NCBI GenBank assembly: GCA_964234715.1
Contig: OZ174282.1
Direction: 5' to 3' (one strand)
DNA length: 64,000 bases
Origin: Podarcis melisellensis
Lineage: Eukaryota
A program made the translations under genes and the position numbers. Numbering within the stretch: the stretch's first letter is position 1; every line of letters begins with the position of its first letter. The notes under the pieces are model-generated. The model did no database searches. It was not told the DNA's origin and worked only from the letters and a program-made list of their open reading frames with translations. Positions 12,201 through 24,200 of this stretch are shown piece by piece.

Positions 12201-15200
12201 CAGCCCAAAACATCTGGAGCTGGTCACCAACTTTATGGGGAAGGTGGCCTGGGGGCCTTTATATGCAAGCTATTTACACTTGGTTTTGGAGAAGCAAAAA
12301 TATAAATCTGTAGAATTAGAGAGATAGCCAGGATTTCTTTTGTTAGCTTGAGTATCCTTTTCTGCCCCACTAAGTTCATGTTCCTGAAAGGACATCTCAT
12401 CCAGTTGTTGCTGAATTGGGGCCTCTGGGGTGTGTTGCTCTAAGGATAAAATACATTCTAAGGCAGGGGTTGCGCTCTAGAATTTGTTGGACTCCAGCTC
12501 CCATCAGCCCCAGCAAGCATGACTAACATTCACAAATTATAGGAGTTGTAGTCCAGGGACATTAGGCTACCACTGCTCCAATGGGGAAACACATCTTGGG
12601 ACAGTCTGTGTGTGTGGAGGGTTTAGATAGTGTGAAAATGGGCCCTGAGGAGGATTGGGAATAAGTTCCGTGGCTAAAAGGGACACACAGAAGTCTGCTG
12701 TGCTCAGACTTCATTGTGCTGCTTTCAACAGCCCATCTGCCAGGGATTATTAGCTGTGATTCCTGCACTGCACGGGGTTGGACTAGATGATCCTTGGGGT
12801 CCCTTACAACTCTACAATTCTGTGATTCTATATTTTACAATGCATGCAAGATTTGGGAAAGTAGAGAGATAAGGAAGAGACGAGAGAATTTCAATAGGAC
12901 CTCCAGCTCTCTGTGCATTTCTAGTTAGGCGTGTAACTTTTGAGCTGCTTCTGATCCTCTTCGTTTTCTCTTCCTCCTGTTTTTTATAGGGTAAAATGTC
13001 TCAGAATTTCCACACTAGTTACACGGAGACACTGGGGAAGCTGGAGACACAGTACTGCAAACTGATGGTGAGTTGTATTTTGGGTTGATTTCTGTAGCCA
13101 GCAAAGTGTCAGGGAACCTCATTCAAGTTCACAAGTTGTTGGAAGTCCCTCAAAGCTGTAAATTGCAACTTGATTCATGGAGGCTTAAAATTTTTGCCTT
13201 TTAAATAAAGGTTTGTCTGTTCCTTGTTTTGTGGTTCACAATCTACCTCAAATCTTCAAGGAGTGCTTCTGTGGCAGAAGAATGAGATGCCTCCTTTTAA
13301 GAAGCACTTGCTATGCAGTCTTTTCATTGATTTAGTTAAAGCACTTTTCTCCTGTGCTTCACCCCGCTGCCACTGCCTCCCCAAAAGAAAAGAAAGGCTT
13401 ATATCAATATGAAGTCAATTCCTGCCCTCAGATTTATAACACAAAAGGAAAGGGGATTGGAAAGAATGAGGAAAAATAGCAAAGGCACAACTTATTTGTA
13501 ACTAATAAGATGGGCCTTTGCTATTTTGTAATGACCAGCTGGAATGGCAAGAGTTCAGCAATTTGAGGACCCTAAAGTTGATCCAATGGAGAGGCCTTGC
13601 ATTTCTGTCTCTCCCTCTGCTTTGTTCCTTGGGAAATATCATACTGTCCCCACTCCCTGGTACAATAACAGTAATTGCTGTGTTAGAAAGCAGATAAGTC
13701 ATGCTGCTGCCAGGGCTATCCGTTTAGATACATTTCTTCTCCTTCTCCTCCTTCTCCTTCTCCTTCTCCTTCTCCTTCTCCTTCTTCTTCTCCTCCTCCT
13801 CCTCCTCTTCCTCCTCCTCCTCCTCCTCCAATAGACAAAGTAGCATGCCAATATAATAACAACAAAAATGATGCCTTTGGCAGTCACACGTGTAAAATGT
13901 AATAGGAGAGCATGTAAAAAAAAGTTTGAAGAATAACTTGACAATGTGGGGATTTCTGACAAGGCATCTGGGAAGGAGGGTGGTCAGCATCAGAAGAGCC
14001 CGGCTGCTGGTTCAGGCCAAAGGGGGCCCTGAAGTCCAGAATCCTGTCCTCACAGTCGCCAGCCAGAAGCCTTTGGGAGGCCCTCAAGCAGACAATCCCT
14101 AGATTGGCAGGAAATGTAACAAAGTATGTTGTCTTTTTGCAGGAAACCTCCAGCTTCCGACTACACCATCTTCAGAGTTTGTATGGGTTTGTGTCTCGAG
14201 CGACGACTGAGCTAATTTGGCTCAATGAAAAGGAAGAAGAGGAGCTAGCGTATGACTGGAGTGACAATAATCCCAATATGGCTGCCAAGAAGAATTATTT
14301 CTCGGTGAGTAGGAGGGACTGGATGTGGCCAAGTGTTTGCAGTGCCTCTATGGTGCTCTGTATTCTGGAAGCGGCAGAGTTCCACATTTCTCAATTAAGC
14401 TCTGTGTTCAGGAAAACTTACAGGTTTCAGTTTATTTTCTCAGAAGTGCCTTGTTTTGCTTGTGCTTCCTTTTGAGATTCCCTGGTCAAGTTGCTGGGTG
14501 ATATTCAACTAAGTTTTTCTCAGAGTAGACCCATTGAAATGAATGGACATGAATGAGTACATTAATTTTAGTAGGTCTGCTCTGAGTAAAAAAAAAAAAT
14601 TGACTATCACCCATCATGCCAGTGAGTTTCGTCAGTTTTCAAAACTTTATTTTACCTTAAAATTTTATATTCAACTTTGCTTATATGTTTGAACCAAAGC
14701 AGCTTATAGTAAAAATGGGTGGGGTGGGGTGTTATCAACAAAAATGCTGTTCAGCGTGAATTAATAGTAGTAGTATCAACAACCCCATTGAGAAGCAACC
14801 CCCACACTCAAAAAATAACTAAATCAAGCCCAAAGGCTTTCATAAAGAGGGAAATCTTAGCTTGGATGCAAGTACTGGGGCTCAGCAGGCTATTGCTCCG
14901 TAAAATAACCAGCCTCCTAGTCATTTAAGGCTTTAATGGTAAGAAGCTTCAATCACCTTGAGTTGATGATCCCCTTCATGGCCGAGAACAGATTTAAACC
15001 TTCTCACACCCCACACCCAAATTTTCTATTCTTGCCCAAATCCGAATTGCTCTCAATGCTCAGAGTTCTTGCAGGCAGTGGGGCTGTAAAACAGCTGTGG
15101 CCAGCCTATGGCTGATCTACAGAATACATTATCCCTGACCAATGGCTGATGGAGGTTGTAGTCCAACATCTGGAGAGCCACAAGTTCCCTTTCCTGCTGT

Positions 15201-18200
15201 GAAGTTTCATGGCTAAGGTTTCCAATACTGCCGCACGTCTGCGTTGCCTCCTGCCACTCTTCCTGTGATGCCTACCAACGGAGAGGCAAACCTATTGTCT
15301 GATTTTGCTATAGGGAATGTTATTGGTCCTCTTTGTGTTTCTGCTATGCAGGAGCTCACAATGGAGCTAGAGGAGAAACAGGATGTGTTTCGCTCCCTGC
15401 AAGACACTGCTGAGATACTGTCATTGGAGAATCACCCAGCCAAGCAGACCGTGGAGGTAAGAGATAGCTTGGAGGGAGGCATGCTTTGGTGTTGTGATTG
15501 TGAGCACTTTAACCTGTGTGTTATGCAAGACAACTTCATAGGATATCTTGATGTATTTCAGTACGACTGCATCTTCCGCACATTAATTTGTGCCTTTTCA
15601 ACCTTCCATGGTTGAAGGCTAGCTGGTTGAAATTGCACAGATTAAATGCACACAAGGTTTTCCTGGCTTGAAAAGAGCTTTTCACCTCTCTGCCTTGCTT
15701 ACTGGGCAAGGCCCTCTTGTCATGCCAACTCTGGAATCTTGGGTATTGTTGCATGAGATCTTGTGGGAACTCAGCCAGCCCTATGGGATTGTGTGAGAGC
15801 ATCCCAGAGCTGGTGTACTGAGCGAGCTTTGCCTGGTAAGCAAGGCAGAGAGCTTAAAACCTCTTTGTGTGAGTTGGCACGACAAGAGGGCCTTGTGAAA
15901 ACAGCTGTTTTGAAGCCTTTTGTTACAGCCAGTTGCCCCTTCTTGTATTCCTGACCATAAGCCTTGATTGTGTGGCCAATTTTACTTTATTTAAAATATT
16001 TCTTGACTACCCTTCATCCAAACAGGGTGGTCTTACAATGGGCATGAATAAAACTGGTGATACCTATGCAAATTCAGCAAAGGTCTGAGCAGGCTGTAGT
16101 TGTTGTATGCAATTGTACAAAAAACGCTCTTTTGTCTGTTGTTGTTGTTTTCACAGGCATACAGTGCAGCAGTGCAGACCCAGTGGCAGTGGATCAAGCA
16201 GTTGTGCTTGTGTGTGGATCAGCATGTGAAGGAGAACACAGCGTACTTTCAGGTACAGGGAGTTCTCCGTGGCTGCACATCAGCGGTTAACTCATGAAGT
16301 CAAAACTAATGCCTTGTTGAAAATTTCTCCCACTTTTTTTCAGCCATTCTCCATCAATTAATAAGAAAAGAAATGGCATTCAAAAATGATTAAATGGCAG
16401 AGGAAAAATGTGTGATAATTTCAAGGATAGGGTGCAGCGATTTTCTTACACTTACCTTACTTTAGAAGGGACGCGGGTGGCGCTGTGGGTAAAACCTCAG
16501 CGCCTAGGACATGCCGATCGTATGGTTGGCGGTTCGAATCCCCGCAGCGGGGTGTGCTCCCGTCGTTCGGTCCCAGCACCTGCCAACCTAGCAGTTCGAA
16601 AGCACCCTTAAGTGCAAGTAGATAAATAGGGACCGCTTACCAGCGGGAAGGTAAACGGCATTCCGTGTGCTGCGCTGGCTCGCCAGATGCAGCTTGTCAT
16701 GCTGGCCACGTGACCCGGAAGTGTCTGTGGACAGTGCTGGCTCCCGGCCTATAGAGTGAGATGAGCGCACAACCCTAGAGTCTGGCAAGACTGGCCCGTA
16801 CGGGCAGGGGTACCTTTACCTTTACCTTTACCTTACTTTAGAGGTGAGTTTAGGGGTGTGTATGAATGTCTTTTATGTCATTCTACATCTCTCTGGTGGT
16901 CTACACTTCGAAGCCTCCCTGGGTGTTTGTTCTTCCATTAAAACCCAGGAAAAGGACACCATAGCATTAGCTCCTCTCATGGGTTTTTTTCAGTTCTGCA
17001 ACTATTGACAGCCAGGGAGGCTGCAGAGTGCTGGAGGAATGTTTACTAGAATGAAAAACACACATACCTCCTGCATGACCTTGTAATGCTAAGGTAAGGT
17101 CAAAACCCTGCACCCACCAGAATTTTAAAGGAATGCTTAAGTTCCCCGAGAGTGAGGCAGCATAACTTAAGCTTCTTTCTCAGAGGAGGAATTGTTTGAG
17201 TAACTGTAGGATTGATATTGACACATCATGAGTCAGAAGACACTCAAATGCTGCTGCTGCTGAGCAGTACAGAACCCCACCCCAGCCTAACAGGTAGTGA
17301 GAACACTACCCTTCTTCCCTCGCTACTTCTGCTTCCACTATATTTCTTCTCTTGTCATATTAATTGTTAAAAGGTTTATATCCTGCTATTCATCGCAAGT
17401 GATAGTAGAATCTTAGAGTTGGAAGGGACCCAAGAGTCATGTAGTCCAACCCCCTGCAATGCAGGAATATCAGCTAAAGCATCCATGACAGATGGCCATC
17501 CAACGTCTGCTTGAAAACCTCCAAGGAAGGAGAGTCTACCACCTCTCATGGGAGTCTGTTCCACTGTCGAACAGCTCTTACTGTCAGAATTTTTTTCTTT
17601 ATGTTTAGTCAGAATCTCCCTTTTTGTAATTTGAACCCACTGGTTCGAGTCCTACCCTCCAGAGCAGGAGAAAACAAGCATGTTCCCTCTTCCATGTGAC
17701 AACCCTTTATATATTTGAAGATGGCTATCGTATCTCCTCAGTCTCCTCCTTCCCAGTCTAAACATACTTCAGAGTAGGATCAAATATAACAACACAAAAA
17801 CATACAATCAACCCATCTCAAGCTTTGCTAGTAGAAGAATAAATCAGCTCTTGGCTTGTGTGATTTGGTAGCAGCATGGAGGTTGCAGACTGTACAAATT
17901 CCTGGCCATGCCAAGCAACTAGAGAAAACATCCTCCTTTTAGTTACTTTATTAGAGAGGCATCAATATAGCTTATCTTGGGCTTGTTTTCTCAGAATTGG
18001 ATCAGGATCAAGACTTGTTAATTATCTTGATCATGTTCCATTCCTTAGAAAACAGGTCCAAAATGAGCCATACTGGTATGTCTCTAATCAAATAACCCAA
18101 AGGAGGCTGTTTTCTCTGGTTACTGGCCTTCCTTTTTCATGATGAAAATGCCTTTGAGCAAGTTGAATGGATGCTTTCTTTTCAGTCTGTCAAGTAAATT

Positions 18201-21200
18201 CCGCTCTTTCATAAAACACGCAATAAGAAACCTCTGGCTGGTATTTTTACAAAGGGGAAACGTTTTTGTGCTTTTGCAGTTCTTCAGTGATGCCCGTGAT
18301 TCAGAGACATACTTGAAGAACCTCCAAGATACCATCAAACGGAAGTATTCTTGTGACTGCAACACCAGCCTGACACGCCTGGAGGACCTGCTCCAGGATT
18401 CCATGGTGGGTGCTCTTTGGGCAGATCTCAAGGTCATACAGATTTTGGCACATTATACCAGAATCATAGTTGCAAGAGACCACAAAGGTAAATGAATCCA
18501 GTCCCTGCTGATGCAGGATATCATCTGCTGCAGCACCCCTAATACCAGGTCATCCATTCTCTGCTTTATAATCTCTAACAAGAAGAGTTCACACCTTCCA
18601 AGGCAGCCTCTCAAACAGCTTGTACCATCAAGAAGCCATTAGATCCTTTAGTGTCTGACATACATCAATTTGTTGTGATGATCTAACCTTCTCAGTAGCA
18701 TCCAAGAATCCTGAAGTTTTTCCAGTAAATTTGCTTACATTGCATCTCCGCATTGCTTACTTCTTTGTGCTTTATTTTAAAAAGTAAAAAAGAATGTGCA
18801 CGTCTTTTCAAAGTCTGCATATTTTCCTCTCAAATGTTCCCCGAACTGCATTGTTTAACTATCCTTGTGTTTCAGTTCCACTCCCCACTATGAAATGCTT
18901 ACTTGAGTGTGACCTCTAGCATGCTATTTATTTTCATTTTGCTAACTCCTCCTGCTGCTGCTATGAGCACATGATGGTGGCTTTTGCCACTGGTTGTCTA
19001 CCACAAATGGCAGTTGTTCACCAGAGTTTCAGGCAATGAGAATTCGTTCCTGCAATGCATGTGCTCTATCACTGAGCTGTAGCCTCTTCCACCTTACACT
19101 GAGTCAACCCGTTGGTCCATCTAGTCCAGTGTTACCTCCTTTGACTGGCAGCAGCCCTCAGCGTGCATGTGTCTTCACTGCTGTCTGGAACTAGGTAAAA
19201 TACAGCAATCATGAGCAAGCAGCTGTATGGGAAATAGTACTGCTGTGGTCCCTGTCCATATAACTCAAAATATCAGTGTTTGATGGATGACAGCAAGTGG
19301 GGAAGTAGGCTGAAGCATTTGGCCACCATGACCTTTGAACGAGAGGAGCAGGCAATGTGAAGTGTTAGGGCTGTTCAGTGCAGGCTTTGCTGACAAAGGT
19401 CTTGGCATAGGGTCTTTGGCAAGAGTGGGGCAGCTTGATGAATGGAAAGGGTATGACCGTTTGTCATTAAGCAACATTATGGCCAAAGGCATTGAGATGA
19501 GGAGTAGGAAAGGAGGAAAAGAGGGTGCAAGACAAAGAGTGCTGGGAGACAGAAGCCAGTGCATGTGCAGGATGAAACAGAATTGTAGAGCTGGAAGGAA
19601 CCCAAAGGCTCATCTAGTCCAACTGCCTACAATTCAGGAATCACAGCTAAGAGCTGTGAGAAGGTGCACATGAAACCTGCTATGAGGAGGATGCTGAAAA
19701 CATCCTCCCTGAGATGTGTTTAACTCTGCAAATCCCTTGGAATGTTGTGCTTGCTGGGGCTGATGGGAGTTGTAGTCCAAAACCTCTGGAGGGCACCAGG
19801 TTGGAGAAAGTGGGGAGGACATTTGTGGGTGGCAGAGGCAGCAGCCTCTTCTTGGATATTGACCCAACTTGGAGATTGACTCAGAGTTTCAGGCAGGAAG
19901 CTGCACAAGTTTAAAAGTAATGGGTCTGGAGGCTACTGTGGACGGTGTGAAGGAGCCAACATGCGCAGCTTAAGGACAGGCTGCTGCATTGTAGACCCAC
20001 TAATCTTACTGCAGTTCCAAAGCTGCAAAGGAGGATGGGTTCCTTGAGCCACTGGAGATGCATCAGCACAAGGTGGAGCCTGTCTCTGTCTTGCAATGGT
20101 TCTGACAGACTAAAAACATGGGACTGCTTCAGTTGTAGACCTTGAGAGCCCGTGGGAGGCAGCTTTTGCTGCAAATGTTCTTCATAGGCAGTCAAAAGGG
20201 AAAGCTTTGGCCCATGTGTGAGACGCTTCCTTTATCAGAATAAATGAGTTAAAGTTGTATTTCTTCCAACCATGCTCCCCTGGGACAGGAGAANNNNNNN
20301 NNNNNNNNNNNNNNNNNNNNNNNNNNNNNNNNNNNNNNNNNNNNNNNNNNNNNNNNNNNNNNNNNNNNNNNNNNNNNNNNNNNNNNNNNNNNNNNNNNNN
20401 NNNNNNNNNNNNNNNNNNNNNNNNNNNNNNNNNNNNNNNNNNNNNNNNNNNNNNNNNNNNNNNNNNNNNNNNNNNNNNNNNNNNNNNNNTCTTTTTTCTA
20501 TCAGGTTTAAAATTGCTTAAGTACATACATTGAAACTACCTGAACAATCTTTTTCACACAGTTCTCATGCCTTCTTTTATTTCACCTTTTTACAAAAATC
20601 CAGGTAGTTTTTCTTTCTTTTTCCCAGTGAAAAATGATGGGTTTGGGCTTTGTTGCACTCTGCACTGTTTTGCAGATAATTCTGAATTTTGGACCTAGTA
20701 GTAATGTTTTAACTCTGCATTCAAATTTCGGAGTGGCGGGGGGTGAGTGGGCAGGGAGGACTTGGAGATAATTGGTCCTCTTGCCTGGAATAGTATTAAA
20801 TATGGATTGTCTCTGTACTCCCTGCCCTACTCCCACTTCTGCTTGGAGAAGTTGCAAATGAGTGTGTGTGTGTGTGCATATGAAGACATGGACACACATA
20901 CAACCCTACCTATACTTGCCCTTTAAAACCCAAACTTCCATTGACCAAATGCTAGCTCCTCAGAGGGCATGAGGTTTCTGGCCATTCTTCTCCTGCCTGT
21001 CCTTGCCCTTCTGTTCCATCCATCCTTCTTGCCTTTCTAATTTTGACAGGATGAAAAGGAGCAGCTGATCCAGTCCAAGAGTTCCGTTGCCAGTTTGGTG
21101 GGTAGGTCCAAAAGCATCGTGCAGCTGAAGCCACGAAACCCTGATCATGCTTTGCAGAACACCATCTCTGTGAAGGCCATCTGTGATTATCGCCAAATTG

Positions 21201-24200
21201 AGGTGAGCTGATAACAGCTGACGTGAAACTTCCTTTGGATTCTGAGTGTTCTGTTTATTTCCTAAATCAGAAATCTGCGAGTTTAAATCCAGGCTCTTCT
21301 TCTTTGAATTTATAAACCTCTCAGGTTTCAAAGCCAGTGTTCAGTGATGGCCTTGAGATAGTATGGTATAAGATAATCCACAGGCAAAGCGATGATGGTG
21401 ATGATGATACATTGCAGTGTTTGTCATAAGGATTACTGTGACAATTTGGCTGCATTCAGATAACACACTGGTATAGCTTTCTCAGAACAAACAGTGGTGA
21501 ACTTTAGGTTTGCAGTTTTAAGCTTCCAATTGAAGCTTATACTAAACTTTGTTTTCCTGTAATGAGGGCTAGTTAATGAAACTAGGGTACCAAACCAGAG
21601 TTAAACAACATGGGAAATTATAGCTTGTTAGAAACCATGAAGAAAATATGAGTTTCTTAATGTTGGCATCTGAATGCGATGTACGCATGGAATGCTTTCA
21701 ACATTAAAAAATGTTGTACAAAGGCCCAGTAATATTGATGTTTGTGCATGGAAGTCAGGGTGAGAGTCAGTTCTTGGAGCATGGATGCCAGGGTTGTGGG
21801 GAAGAGGTGGGGTCACTTAGACTTTGATTTAGTATTGGTAAGAAGACCAAAAATTTATTTCAAGTGCCCTATTTCACCACTGTAAGAAACTAACTAGGGA
21901 GTCTTTGGCATCTCCTTCCTCTGAGATGGTGAAGTTGGAGATGCTTCTGCTGAGAGTGTTTTAGCTGCAGAATGAGGTTGGAGTATAGTAAGTCCAACTG
22001 CAAGTCTTTGCATGGGTGGGGATGGGGTAGATAGATAGAGGGAGGGAGCATAGAGGAAACCCACTCTCCATTTATTTATAGCCCCTCCCACCTGTGCAAA
22101 ATTATGTTTGCAGGCTTACCTGGCTTTGGGAAAGTGGCATAAGGGCTCTGGCAGCATCCCAGAGCCCTTGTGCCACCAATCCAAAGCTGGGGAAACAGTC
22201 CTCCACCTTGCATGAGACCTGATTCAAGGGGTTCCTGGCTTTATGCATTTGCAACCCAGAAACCGAACCCTTGCGTAAGATGTGGGCTTACTGTATGTTG
22301 GGGTAGCCAATATGGTGCCCTCCATATGTTTTGGACTACAACTCCCATCAGGCTCTACAGGCATGGCCAATGGCCAGGGATTATGGGAGTTATAGCCCAA
22401 AACATCTGGAGGGCACCACGTTGGCCACCCCTGGACTTCATGATGCCTAGGATCACTTTGTGGGAGAAGCGGTGTGGGGAGGACGAGGGGTGACAGTTTG
22501 ACCATCTACTGGACCAGTGTTCCTTTCACGCAGATCACCATCTGTAAGAATGATGAATGTGTGCTAGAAGACAATTCCCAGCGAACCAAGTGGAAAGTGA
22601 TCAGCCCTACCGGAAACGAGGCCATGGTCCCATCTGTTTGCTTCTTGGTGCCCCCTCCTAACAAAGAGGCCATTGATGTGGCCAGCAGGTAAAGGGATCT
22701 TTTTTTCCTTGAGCAGTGCCAGGGTTCCTATTGACCTGGGGGTTCTGTAGGTGTGTGCATGTAAAAGAAAACAAAATGTTTGCAGCAATTTGCTGGGGGG
22801 TTGGGTCTGCTGGCATGTGTAACATAAACTTTTGTGGAAAGGAATAGTTTTCAACAGAGCTCTACATGTGGAACAAAATCAAGCTACTGGGGCAAAGTAT
22901 ACAGAAACCTAAGATCATACCTTTTGCCCTTTGAAGATTCTAGTTCTCATTGTGGGCCGGATGGGTACAGTATCTGTTTCTTTCTCCCAGAGCCAGAAAA
23001 CTTCCCAGGCAATCAAACATTTTGAAGTTGGTGCCTATGATTTTGCCATGGCTCTTTAGCCTAGGGGTAGGGGCAAGTTGGAACCTTTTTTAGCCCAAGG
23101 GCTACATTTTTGCTGGGCAACATTCCAGGGGCCACATGCCCGTCCTGGGTGAGGCAGGAGGCAAAAGTGGGCAAAGCAACAAATGTGAAAGTTGCCTTTT
23201 TACAGTAGGCAAATTGCTTTACATGCCGAGACAACCCTCTCTATCCTCCAGTCAGCCAAGCAAGAAGTATAATCCAGGTTCAATGACTTATTTCAGCCAG
23301 GCAAAAATACTCGAGGGGCGTAGCTGAGGAGGTTGTGTCCTGGGGGGAATCCTGAAAGCCAGCTTGGAGGGCTACATGTGGCCTCTGGGTCTGAAGTTTG
23401 TCAGCTGGCTTCTAAAAGTGTTATGTTGCAAATGGATTTGGGGGGGAGTGGTTGCTCAGTTCTTGCCTTTTGTGAGCGGTTGCATTTACCTTTTGAATAT
23501 GCTTGGGATATGAGGAGCTGCTTTAAACCGTGTCAGAACAACATTTCCAATACTGTCTTTGCCTGACCCATGCTGGGACTGAGGCTTGCTCCCCCTGGCC
23601 TTCCTGAGTAGATACAGCGTAATATACCATAATTCAGAAGGTTGATGTCCACATGGTGCTGCAGACACCCAATTTTGAACTGCCTTCCAATTGTAGGGTG
23701 GAGCAGCTGTACCAGAAGGTGATGGCCTTGTGGCACCAGCTCCATGTAAACATGAAGAGCCTTGTTTCCTGGAACTACTTGAGAAAAGACATTGCTCTGG
23801 TGCAAAGCTGGAATATGGAGAAGGTAATACTGCAAGCCCCAGAGTGATGCTTGCCAGTGAGATAAGGGTGTGCACAGCTAAAGCATGCCAACCGTAAAAG
23901 TGGCCTCCTGATTGGGTGGAGCTGGACAGGAAGTTAGAAGGTGGTGGGAGGAAATGGGAAGGTAAGGTTGTATAATAATACAAGACTGAAGAATTGCGTG
24001 TGCAGTGGGGTGAGGGCGAGACCCCTTGGCAACCAAAGACTTCCTTTAGTAAAATCAGCCCAATAAAATAAGAAGTTGTTTTCATATGCCACCAATATAG
24101 TGCCACTTCACAGCATAACCAAAAAGAACATCCTGCTTAAACTCCTGAATTTAGAAGATTATAGAATGATAACTAACCACTTCTTCTTCACATAACAACC

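Noticed and set aside
13544-13990. Poly-Leu, poly-Arg and poly-Glu/Lys ORFs
   Set aside because: Translations of the CT microsatellite
20182-20533. ORFs across the N gap, and a possible missing exon
   Set aside because: Artefacts of N translation. The flanking exons join in frame (LLQDSM|DEKEQ) as expected for MACF1, so no constitutive exon is needed there.
23486-24106. 206-aa minus-strand ORF (similarly 49049-49654 and 61709-62353)
   Set aside because: No domain signal; these overlap exon shadows or repeats and fit chance ORFs with alternative starts
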